From: Promethearchaeota archaeon
Lineage (GTDB): Archaea; Asgardarchaeota; Lokiarchaeia; Sigyniarchaeales; SOKP01
Assembly (NCBI GenBank): GCA_019894975.1
Contig: JAGXNO010000018.1
Coordinates: 1 to 63,578, forward strand
Length of the DNA: 63,578 nt
Direction: 5' to 3'
The translations under genes and the position numbers were made by a program. Positions 49,623-58,440 of this stretch are shown here, in pieces. The notes below the pieces were generated by a model. It was not told the DNA's origin and did not search any database. It saw only the letters and a program-made list of their open reading frames with translations. Each line of letters starts with the position of its first letter. Within the stretch, counting starts at the first letter, position 1.

Positions 49623-50603
49623 ATGAAAGGAGATAATACTAAACCGATTCCAATAATATATGACACCGATATGGAATTGGATTGTGATGATGCGGGTGCT
49701 CTTGCAGTGCTTCATGCCTTAATGGATTTTGATGAAGCTGAAATCTTAGGAGTTATAGTTGATGTGCCGTCTGAGGCTTCAGCAGGGTGTGTGAGCATAA
49801 TTAATAACTATTATAATCGTCCTGAAATTCCAGTCGGAATATTGGAAATTTCAGAATCCGATAAAGAAAAAAAATATCAAATGTATAGAGCGGTTAAAAA
49901 GCAAATTGGAAAAACTAGAGATTATTACCCAAATAAGATTGTAGAACGTTTTACTTCAGACAATATAAAAAACCAAAAGATTTGGAATTCCACTACCTTA
50001 TATCGACATATATTATCAAATTCAGAAGATCAATCAGTTGTTATTGTAGCAGTCGGATTGCTAACAGCATTGAAAGCGCTTTTGGATTCACCACCAGATG
50101 ATTTATCAACGCTTAGTGGGATGGAACTTGTGAAACTAAAAGTAAAGAAACTCGTTACAATGGGCATTGGCACATTTCCGAGTGCTCAAGAAGAATTTAA
50201 TTGGTTAATGGACTGGGAAAGCGCACGATTCGTCATTAAACACTGGCCTACTGATCTTGTAGTACAATCTAATGGTACTGAGTTCTTAACGGGGAATAAA
50301 TTATCTATTAGAACACCAGAATCAAATCCAGTTCGAAAAATTTACGAAACCTATCTAAAGAGGTCTAGAAAAGGGAATTACAGTTGGGATCTTATAGCTG
50401 CTTTCTATGGCGTAAAAGGATCTGAACCATATCTTGAGGAGAAAAAAGGCTATCAGATAATCCTTGAACCAGAATTAGGAAAAAATCACTGGATTCCTGT
50501 TGAAAATCGTGAAAATAATCACTCTTTTTTAACTTTAAATCCACCAATAATAAAACTAAAAAAAGTTTTAGAAGATCTGCTAACAAAACTTCCAAAGAAA
50601 TAA
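49623..50603 (+). CDS. Nucleoside hydrolase family protein
   Basis: IIYDTDMELDCDDAGAL (DxDxxxDD), VG.LT, EFN and SWD. Start set at ATG 49623. Confidence 0.85.
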   Translation: MKGDNTKPIPIIYDTDMELDCDDAGALAVLHALMDFDEAEILGVIVDVPSEASAGCVSIINNYYNRPEIPVGILEISESDKEKKYQMYRAVKKQIGKTRDYYPNKIVERFTSDNIKNQKIWNSTTLYRHILSNSEDQSVVIVAVGLLTALKALLDSPPDDLSTLSGMELVKLKVKKLVTMGIGTFPSAQEEFNWLMDWESARFVIKHWPTDLVVQSNGTEFLTGNKLSIRTPESNPVRKIYETYLKRSRKGNYSWDLIAAFYGVKGSEPYLEEKKGYQIILEPELGKNHWIPVENRENNHSFLTLNPPIIKLKKVLEDLLTKLPKK

Positions 50604-50744
50604 AAGGATTTTTAAAATCTACTGATGATCAGGGTTTCTTTGTGTAAATTTCGGTACAATGAAAAATATTATAATTGTGAAAATACAAAAATAAATGATG
50701 AGTCTATCTTTAAAAAACAAATCTTCTAGATTAACATTAGTGAA

Positions 50745-51773
50745 ATGGTGATGGAACAAATAATCTCTCGATGTGGAAACATCTGTTCTGAATGTCCCTG
50801 GTCTACTTTCATGCGGAAAAAAATCGCTAAAGAAGATTGGGAAGAGTATTCTAAACAGATTAAAATTTATACTGGATTCAAACCAGTTAAATATGAGTGG
50901 GAGGGTTGTGTTGGTTGTTTTACGCCAAATAATGAGTTACCAAGTCATCCGTTTTTTAATTTCTTGAAAAAATGTCGTACAAGAAAATGTGGAGAGCAGA
51001 ATGAGATTCCAAATTGTGCTTATTGTAGGCGATTCCCGTGTGCAAACACAGTAGCGAGGAATAATATAAATAGGGAAAAAATTTCAGAAAAATTAGGTAA
51101 GGTGGTTAGCGATGACGAGTATGAACGATATATTAAAATGTTTGATGCAATAGAAAATCTTAATGAAATTCGGAGCGGATTAAAGGATTCTCAAATTAAA
51201 AATCCAAAACCCGTAGTTCATCAACCTGAAATCTCTAAGTTAACAAGCGAATTTAAGAATGAGAATTTCAAGTTTGTTTATGAAAAACTACTTGAAATTG
51301 CTAATTCTAATTTGAGAATTAAAGGCATTGATACTGTTGCGGGTCTTGAATTGCATAAGATTAGAGAAGAGTTATTATGGAGGTTTCTTTGGATTTTGGT
51401 ATTATTCGGAGAAATTGATGGAAATGAATTAAGAATAGATAGTGGTACCCTCTATGACAATAGAAAACCTATATCACTTCCCTCTAATGAAGAAGATTGG
51501 AGATTATACTTCGATATTTTGTCAGAATTTGGAATCTCTGCAGAATTAGAGATATTAACTGATAATCTATACACTCCAGGAGGCTATATGAGGGCTAAAT
51601 TACCCAAATCTAATGATTCAGCATATATCATCAAAATGAAAGTGAGCTCTGATCTTCAAAAATTCCCCTTCTTTAAAGTGTTGAATGAAATACTTTCTAT
51701 GTTGCAGAAAAAGACTGGAAAACGGGCATTTTCAAATTTTAAAAAATTAAATTTTAATCCACTTCTGGATTAA
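50745..51773 (+). CDS. DUF3795-type Cys-rich protein with C-terminal extension
   Basis: SRCGNICSECP, CVGC, CRTRKC and NCAYCRRFPC. Confidence 0.75.
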   Translation: MVMEQIISRCGNICSECPWSTFMRKKIAKEDWEEYSKQIKIYTGFKPVKYEWEGCVGCFTPNNELPSHPFFNFLKKCRTRKCGEQNEIPNCAYCRRFPCANTVARNNINREKISEKLGKVVSDDEYERYIKMFDAIENLNEIRSGLKDSQIKNPKPVVHQPEISKLTSEFKNENFKFVYEKLLEIANSNLRIKGIDTVAGLELHKIREELLWRFLWILVLFGEIDGNELRIDSGTLYDNRKPISLPSNEEDWRLYFDILSEFGISAELEILTDNLYTPGGYMRAKLPKSNDSAYIIKMKVSSDLQKFPFFKVLNEILSMLQKKTGKRAFSNFKKLNFNPLLD

Positions 51774-51832
51774 ACTCTTTTTATAATACTTTATAAAAAT
51801 AAAAAATTATAGAATAGACTTTTAGAATAGTT

Positions 51833-53377
51833 CTAATCTTCTACGAGATGTTGTGTATAATCGTGGTCATAAGAATAAAGATGGAACTTATTCGGGCTCA
51901 GAAGATAATTGGGATCGACAGTTTTCTTCATATCTTTAAAGAATTGCATGAATTCAGGAGTGTAAGCACCTGCTTCGACGAGTGACTGACTAATTGATTC
52001 GCCAAGCCAGTAGTGAGCACCTCCATACCGTACCTGATGTCTTATTTTTTTATGCCAGATATTCATTGTAGTTTCGCGATGTTCATCTGTATTATCTCCA
52101 CCGAGTCCACCTACTATCACACAATTTCCATTAGGTAGGAACATCAAAAATGAAGCGAACACAGGGTATGGAGGATTCCCTGGTGGAAATTCCTTCGAAT
52201 TGCTTATATTAAATTGTACACCCTTTTGAACACTTTCATTTAGTCGAGAAATAGCAACTTTATGACAAGTAGTACAGGAACTCTTAGGAGGTGCCATGGA
52301 AATGTATTTTTGAAAGAAATTGAATTCTTCTTTTAAGTTAAACTTCCAATCTTCTGATAATCCCATGTCTAAATCAATTTCTTGCCACTCAAAAGGTCTA
52401 GTAACCTCATCCTTTAACATTATTTCATCAACCTTCTCGAGATACACATCCAGAATTCTTTCATCTGTAGCATCAAGAGTGACTGAAACGACTGGACCAG
52501 TTAATTTTGGTCTTTTACTCGGTTTATTAACAACCTGACCATATAACAATTGAGTTAAGATGAATGGGAATACCATCAAATCATTAAGCCCATCACCTAC
52601 TTCTTTCCGTAGTTTATGACCAAATTCAAACACTTTATTATAATCATCCTTTAAAAGCATATAATACCTACGCGCTTTATAGGGAGGATCTGGAAATAAG
52701 CGTAAGAAAGCTTTGCATTTTATACCCATGGTCCCCACATCTCCCATGAAGAGCCCTGTGAAGTCAGGTGCAACACCGTATCTGCAGAAAGGCGTGGCAT
52801 ATTGGTTTGCTGCTGATCCAGTTCTTATAATCGTTCCTTCTGGATTTGGGAGGACCACTTCAACCCCAAGACAGATATCTGGAGTTAGTCCATATTTTGT
52901 AGAACTAAATCCTACAGTAGCATTAGAAAGCCCTCCACCAATAGTTGCAGAATACCCACTACCCGGGCCTAGAATTCCTGTCGTCATCCCCTTTTTCTGT
53001 AGTTCTGAAAGCATGGATCCCCAAGTAATTCCACATCCTACAACGCAGTAGTAATCGTCTATATTAATTTCATGAATTTGATTCATTCGTGTAAGGTCTA
53101 TAAGAATCCCTCCTTCTGTAACTGAACCCCCGACTAAGTCAGCTCCACCGCCTCGTGGCACCATATGAATTTTGTATTTGTTTGCAATCTTTACTATTTC
53201 AGATACTTCCTCTGTGGTTTCTGGCTTTACGATTATATCCGCCCATCGATCAGGGAACGCAGGGTCTACATTTCTGGAATAAGCTGCTTTCATGAAATCT
53301 TTATCCGATATAAAGTCTGATCCAAGAACATCTTCTATTTCTTTATACGCATTTTTAACTTTGCTAATTATTAACAC
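51833..53377 (-). CDS. VAO/PCMH-type FAD-binding oxidoreductase 2
   Basis: PRGGGADLVGG, ATIGGG, GDVGTMG, HYWLG and DPNYLLSPNK. True start may be ATT 53368. Confidence 0.88.
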   Translation of the reverse strand: MLIISKVKNAYKEIEDVLGSDFISDKDFMKAAYSRNVDPAFPDRWADIIVKPETTEEVSEIVKIANKYKIHMVPRGGGADLVGGSVTEGGILIDLTRMNQIHEINIDDYYCVVGCGITWGSMLSELQKKGMTTGILGPGSGYSATIGGGLSNATVGFSSTKYGLTPDICLGVEVVLPNPEGTIIRTGSAANQYATPFCRYGVAPDFTGLFMGDVGTMGIKCKAFLRLFPDPPYKARRYYMLLKDDYNKVFEFGHKLRKEVGDGLNDLMVFPFILTQLLYGQVVNKPSKRPKLTGPVVSVTLDATDERILDVYLEKVDEIMLKDEVTRPFEWQEIDLDMGLSEDWKFNLKEEFNFFQKYISMAPPKSSCTTCHKVAISRLNESVQKGVQFNISNSKEFPPGNPPYPVFASFLMFLPNGNCVIVGGLGGDNTDEHRETTMNIWHKKIRHQVRYGGAHYWLGESISQSLVEAGAYTPEFMQFFKDMKKTVDPNYLLSPNKFHLYSYDHDYTQHLVED

Positions 53378-53423
53378 CCTATTTTCAAAAAAATATAATA
53401 ATTAGAATATAGACCTAATAACC

Positions 53424-53439
53424 TAATAAAAGTTTCTTA
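53424..53439 (-). promoter_or_regulatory. Putative BRE-TATA element TAAGAAACTTTTATTA upstream of FAD oxidoreductase 2
   Basis: A near-identical TAAGAAACTTTATTA lies at 54992-55006 upstream of paralog 3, at a similar distance from the start. Confidence 0.55.
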
Positions 53440-53524
53440 CTTATCACTAAATTAATGGAATATAGTTTGAAAACGGTTAAGTAGTAGTTGTATGGTTTCT
53501 GTAGAAGAGATTTTTTGAGATAAG

Positions 53525-53550
53525 TATATAAATGAAAATTTCATATATAT
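53525..53550 (+). promoter_or_regulatory. TATA box and inverted repeat (putative toxin-antitoxin operator)
   Basis: TATATAAA at 53525-53532 abuts the palindrome ATGAAA-A-TTTCAT (53532-53544), just before the antitoxin gene. Confidence 0.5.
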
Positions 53551-53554
53551 CATA

Positions 53555-53827
53555 ATGGGTAAATTTATGGGAATGGGAAAAGAAATGGGAAAGATTGAAA
53601 TTGATGATAGAGGTCGGTTAACATTACCATCTAAAATAAGAGATTCTTTAAATATAAAGCCAGGAGATAAGCTGACTATTAAAATAAATCAAGACAATAA
53701 GATAACTCTTCAGAAAAATCCTTCGAAAATAGAAATATTTGAAAATCTAGTTGGCTGTATCAAAACACCCTCTGAAGAAAAAGCAACTCCGGAGTCGATT
53801 AAAGAAATATGGAAAATGCAGCAATAA
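53555..53827 (+). CDS. vapB: AbrB/MazE/SpoVT-family antitoxin
   Basis: IDDRGRLTLPSKIRDSLNIKPGDKL signature; overlaps a PIN gene. Several alternative ATGs. Confidence 0.88.
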   Translation: MGKFMGMGKEMGKIEIDDRGRLTLPSKIRDSLNIKPGDKLTIKINQDNKITLQKNPSKIEIFENLVGCIKTPSEEKATPESIKEIWKMQQ

Positions 53828-54231
53828 TCTTTATTGATTCAAATTATTGGATTTACCTTTTCGACGAAACTACAGCAGAACATACTTATGTTAAAAATCA
53901 TTTTGAAAAAATCTATGATCAATGCCAAATTGCTATTAATATCCCTGTAATGATCGAAGTTATGCATTACATTGTAAAAAGGCTAGGAGCAAATCTTGCT
54001 AAACCTAAATGGGATCTATTTTCTTCAATGAATTTCATATATGACGATTTAACTTTTCAAGATTTAGACCTTGTTTTTAATGAATTATCTAATTTTACAC
54101 ATACTGGAATAGGGGCTAGAGATGCAACCATATTAGCCTCAATGAAGAAATTGTCAGTTCAAAAAATATGTACACATGATAAAAGTTTCACAAAAGTATC
54201 CAATATTGAAGTTATTGACCCAATCCCATAA
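53809..54231 (+). CDS. vapC: PIN-domain toxin
   Basis: IFIDSN, IEV, RDATILA and THDKSF acidic tetrad. True start may be ATA 53824. Confidence 0.9.
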   Translation: MENAAIIFIDSNYWIYLFDETTAEHTYVKNHFEKIYDQCQIAINIPVMIEVMHYIVKRLGANLAKPKWDLFSSMNFIYDDLTFQDLDLVFNELSNFTHTGIGARDATILASMKKLSVQKICTHDKSFTKVSNIEVIDPIP

Positions 54232-54295
54232 TTTAAATATTAACTTATTAATGAAAACTTACAAATTTAAATTAATTCCTAATTTTTTGAATGTA

Positions 54296-54940
54296 ATGAC
54301 TGATTTTAATGTAGAATTTGAAGAAAATCTTAAACCTACTTTTTTTATGGATTGGGAACATCCATCAATCTTACAAAAAGCCAAGGAACTAACAGAAGGC
54401 ATAGAAGATGACATTGATAAGGCAATTAATTTATTTTACTTTGTCCGGGACGGTATAAGATATTCAGTTAAAGATGCTCGCAAATCTTATGATAAGGAAG
54501 AGTGGAAATCAAGTTTAACCTTAAAAAAAGGATATGCATTTTGCATCCCAAAAGCGATTTTGTTAGCTTCGTTAGCCCGAGCTGTTGGCATACCCTCAAG
54601 ACTTCATTATAATGATATTGTAAACCATATGACAAGTGATAGACTCAAAAAAGATATGGGTAGCAGTCTTTTCATATTTCATGGATTTGTCGAACTATTT
54701 CTAAATGGAAAATGGGTAGAAGCAAATTGTGCATTCGATAAAGAGCTATGTATAAGGAAAAATTATCCTTGGGTTGATTTTGACGGAGTTAAAGATGGAC
54801 TTTTTGCCAGTACGAATAAAGATGGTGAACCATTTGTAGACTATGTGAAAGATCGGGGAGTTTACAATGATGCGCCTCATCAAGAAGTATTAGAGACTTG
54901 GGCTAAAGAGTATCCCGACCGTTATGAAAAACCGAAATAA
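54296..54940 (+). CDS. Transglutaminase-like cysteine protease family protein
   Basis: FYFVRDGIRY, FCIPKAILLASLARAVGIPSR and FHG..E...GKWV. Start set at ATG 54296. Confidence 0.88.
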   Translation: MTDFNVEFEENLKPTFFMDWEHPSILQKAKELTEGIEDDIDKAINLFYFVRDGIRYSVKDARKSYDKEEWKSSLTLKKGYAFCIPKAILLASLARAVGIPSRLHYNDIVNHMTSDRLKKDMGSSLFIFHGFVELFLNGKWVEANCAFDKELCIRKNYPWVDFDGVKDGLFASTNKDGEPFVDYVKDRGVYNDAPHQEVLETWAKEYPDRYEKPK

Positions 54941-54991
54941 ATTGATTCTGGAACCTCTGATTATAAAATTGATGATATTGTTTCTTTTGAA

Positions 54992-55006
54992 TAAGAAACT
55001 TTATTA
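54992..55006 (+). promoter_or_regulatory. Putative BRE-TATA element upstream of FAD oxidoreductase 3
   Basis: TAAGAAACTTTATTA, shared with 53424-53439 on the minus strand. Confidence 0.55.
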
Positions 55007-55057
55007 ATTTCTCAAATGTAATTCTTCTTAATTAATGGTATTATAGAGTGATAGAAT

Positions 55058-56590
55058 ATGTCAAAAGTCAAAAGTGCATTTAAGGAAATTGAGCATATCG
55101 TTGGAGACGATTTTATAACTGATAAAGATTTCATGAAGGCAGCCTATTCAAGGAATGTAGATCCAGCATTTCCAGATAGGTGGGCTGATATGATTGTACG
55201 ACCTGAAACAACTGAAGAAGTCTCTGAAATAGTCAAGATTGCAAATAAATACAAAATTCATATGGTTCCACGCGGAGGGGGTGCTGACCTAGTTGGGGGT
55301 TCAGTGTCAGAAGGGGGTATCCTTATTGATCTTACTAGAATGAATAAAATAATAGAAATTAATGAAGATGATTACTATTACATTGTTGAGTGTGGTGTTA
55401 CGTGGGGCGCTTTATTATCAGAATTACATCCAAGAGGTTTAACTTCTGGTGTTACAGGGCCAGGAAGTGGATTTGCAGCAACTATTGGAGGGGGCCTTTC
55501 AAATAGCACAGCTGGTGGAGGTTCTACAAAATATGGATTAGTCCCTGACGTGTGTTTGGGTGTAGAGGCAGTACTCCCAAATCCTCAAGGAACGATAGTG
55601 AGAACTGGATCAGCTGCAAATCAATACGCTACACCTTTCTGTAGGTATGGTGTTGCCCCTGATTTCACTGGACTATTCATGGGTGATGTGGGGACCATGG
55701 GCATAAAGACCAAAGCATTTATGAGATTATTTCCAGATCCTCCTTATAAAGCTTCTCGAATGTATGTATTTGCTAAGAACGATTATAATAAGGTATTTGA
55801 AAAAGCTCATAAATTGCGAAAAGAAGTTGGAGATGGATTGCTTGGCTTAAGTGTTCTACCACTTGAAATTACCATGATGATGGCTGCTCGAATGGCCACA
55901 GGCCCAAAGAGACCACGAATAAGAGGACCATTGTGTGCAATAAATTTAGAAGCTACTGATCAACGAATTTTAGATGTATACATTGAAAAAGTAGATGAAA
56001 TTATGTTAAAAGATGAGGATACTCGAGCTTTTAATTTTCAGGAAATCGATCCAAATATGGAAAGACCAGACACATGGCAGTATAACTTAGAAGCGAGTTT
56101 CAACTATTTTCATAATATGATTTCAGTAGCACCTCCTAAGGTCACCTGTACCACATGTCATAAAGTACCAATGTCAGGTTTACCAGAGTTATCTAAAAAA
56201 GCCCAACAGTTTGATATTTTAAATAATAAAAACTACCCTCCCGGAACTATGGCTATTTGGGCTGGTGTAATAGCTTTTATGCCTAACGGTAATTGTATCT
56301 TTGTTGGAGGTTTTAATGCTGATAATGTAGAAGAAAAACGTCAGCTTTCAATGGATTTATGGCACAAGAAGATAAGGTATCAAGTTCGATATGGAGGTGT
56401 TCACTACTGGCTTGGTGAGTCTATCTCACAATCTATTACGGAAGCAGGAGCTTTTACAGAGGACTTCGAGCAATTCTTCAGAGATATAAAGAAAACAGTT
56501 GATCCAAATTACTTGCTTTCACCTAATAAGTTCCATCTTCACACCTATGAAAGTCGATTCTCCGATCATCTTGTATCTGATGAAGAATAA
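55058..56590 (+). CDS. VAO/PCMH-type FAD-binding oxidoreductase 3
   Basis: Same motifs as paralog 2; canonical ATG start (MSKVK). Confidence 0.88.
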   Translation: MSKVKSAFKEIEHIVGDDFITDKDFMKAAYSRNVDPAFPDRWADMIVRPETTEEVSEIVKIANKYKIHMVPRGGGADLVGGSVSEGGILIDLTRMNKIIEINEDDYYYIVECGVTWGALLSELHPRGLTSGVTGPGSGFAATIGGGLSNSTAGGGSTKYGLVPDVCLGVEAVLPNPQGTIVRTGSAANQYATPFCRYGVAPDFTGLFMGDVGTMGIKTKAFMRLFPDPPYKASRMYVFAKNDYNKVFEKAHKLRKEVGDGLLGLSVLPLEITMMMAARMATGPKRPRIRGPLCAINLEATDQRILDVYIEKVDEIMLKDEDTRAFNFQEIDPNMERPDTWQYNLEASFNYFHNMISVAPPKVTCTTCHKVPMSGLPELSKKAQQFDILNNKNYPPGTMAIWAGVIAFMPNGNCIFVGGFNADNVEEKRQLSMDLWHKKIRYQVRYGGVHYWLGESISQSITEAGAFTEDFEQFFRDIKKTVDPNYLLSPNKFHLHTYESRFSDHLVSDEE

Positions 56591-56771
56591 TTTTTTTTTT
56601 CCTATTTCTTTTCTTATTGTATTCTTAAAATAAAACTTCTATTGAAATTAAGATAGATTAATTATTCTAAAGACAGTATAGCTAGTACGAGCTAACTATT
56701 TAAGGGCAACAATTAAATTAGATTCAACATTTAAAACAAATCAATTAACATTAACAAAAAAAGTGATTAAA

Positions 56772-58253
56772 ATTTCGAAAGTGAAAGAAGCATATAGTGA
56801 GATTGAAAGCGTTGTTGGGGAAGATTTTGTTTCTGATAAAGATTTCATGAAAGCTGCATACTCTAGAAATGTGGATCCTGCGTTTCCAGATAGATGGGCA
56901 GATATAATAGTAAAACCAGAGACTACTGAGGAAGTATCTGAGATTGTTAAAATCGCAAATAAATATAAATTGCGAATGGTTCCACGAGGTGGGGGTGCCG
57001 ATCTCGTTGGAGGAAGTGTTACAGAGGAAGGAATCTTAATTGATATGACTCGAATGAATAAGCTTGAAGAATTCAACAAAGATGATTACTACATTGTTGT
57101 TGGAGTCGGAATTACTTGGGGAGATTTACTTTCTCAATTAGTTCCCGAGGGATACACTACTGGTAATACGGGTCCTGGGAGTGGGTTCTCTGCTACTATT
57201 GGTGGGGGTCTATCAAATAGTACAGCTGGAGGAGGGTCAACTAAATATGGTCTTGTTCCGGATAACTGCCTTGGTGTTGAAGTCGTTCTTCCAAATCCAG
57301 AAGGGACAATTATTAAAACTGGTTCTGCTGCAAATAAATATGCCAAACCATTCTGCAGGTATGGTGTTTCACCTGATTTCACAGGTCTGTTCATGGGTGA
57401 TGTGGGGACCATGGGAATTAAATGCAAAGCCTCCTTACGAATATACCGTGAACACCCCTATAAAGCCAATCGAGTTTTCCTCCTTAAGGAGTATGATTAT
57501 AATAAAGTCTATTTGTTAGCTAGAAAAATTAGGTACGAAATCCCTGATGGGTTACTTGGTTTAAGCGCATTTCCGCCTTTTTACTTCGCCCAGTTTAAAA
57601 TTCCGAATGTTAAAGGTCCAGGAGTATCGGTTTCTCTAGAAGCTACGGAAATGGAGATTCTTGAGATGTACATTAAAAAACTTGAAGATATTATGAAAGA
57701 AGACACAGTTATGATGCCTGCCGCTCCTGGCGCTAACGCTAAACCTAATTTGAAAGCGGCTTTTCACTACTTTCAAGCAGGAATTTCCCCAGTCCCTGGG
57801 AGAATTGCTATGGCAACATGTCATAAAATCCCAATCTCAACTTTAGGTCATGTACATGATGAGAACGTTGATTGGAATAATAGGCATGCAAAAGATATAC
57901 CAGGATCAGTTATGCCAGGAGTTTTTGAGGCAACACAATACTTCTTACCTAACGGAAATATGGTTGTGTTAGGAGGTGTAGCAGGAGAAAATAAGGATGA
58001 AATGCGGGAGAGGAATATGAATCTCTGGCATTCAAAAATTCGAACGCAGGTACGATATGGTGGAGCACACTATTGGTTAGGGGAATCCATTTCACAATCA
58101 GTAGTTGAATCCGGCGCGTTTGAACCTGAATATGAACAATTCTTCAGGGATATGAAGAAAACAGTTGATCCTAATTATCTGCTTAGTCCCAATAAATTTC
58201 ATCTGCATACTTATGATTCTAAGTTTGCAGACCACTATGTAGAACCAGATTAA
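56772..58253 (+). CDS. VAO/PCMH-type FAD-binding oxidoreductase 4
   Basis: Same motifs. Start placed at ATT 56772 by alignment; alternative is GTG 56763. Confidence 0.88.
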   Translation: MSKVKEAYSEIESVVGEDFVSDKDFMKAAYSRNVDPAFPDRWADIIVKPETTEEVSEIVKIANKYKLRMVPRGGGADLVGGSVTEEGILIDMTRMNKLEEFNKDDYYIVVGVGITWGDLLSQLVPEGYTTGNTGPGSGFSATIGGGLSNSTAGGGSTKYGLVPDNCLGVEVVLPNPEGTIIKTGSAANKYAKPFCRYGVSPDFTGLFMGDVGTMGIKCKASLRIYREHPYKANRVFLLKEYDYNKVYLLARKIRYEIPDGLLGLSAFPPFYFAQFKIPNVKGPGVSVSLEATEMEILEMYIKKLEDIMKEDTVMMPAAPGANAKPNLKAAFHYFQAGISPVPGRIAMATCHKIPISTLGHVHDENVDWNNRHAKDIPGSVMPGVFEATQYFLPNGNMVVLGGVAGENKDEMRERNMNLWHSKIRTQVRYGGAHYWLGESISQSVVESGAFEPEYEQFFRDMKKTVDPNYLLSPNKFHLHTYDSKFADHYVEPD

Positions 58254-58440
58254 ACATACTTCCAAACTTCTATCTTTTCCTTTTATTTTTTAAGTGTCGT
58301 ATAAGTAATTCAATTAAGTACCTTAATTATTAGATATTCTATAATTCATGAAATAAAGAAATTGAATTAAGAATAACTATTAAATTAAATTCAACATTTA
58401 ACAAAAATCAGATATCATTTATAATAAAAAGTGATTAAAA

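Noticed and set aside
54176-54295. N-terminal extension of the transglutaminase-like ORF overlapping vapC
   Set aside because: It runs through AT-rich intergenic-like sequence; ATG 54296 is the more plausible start.
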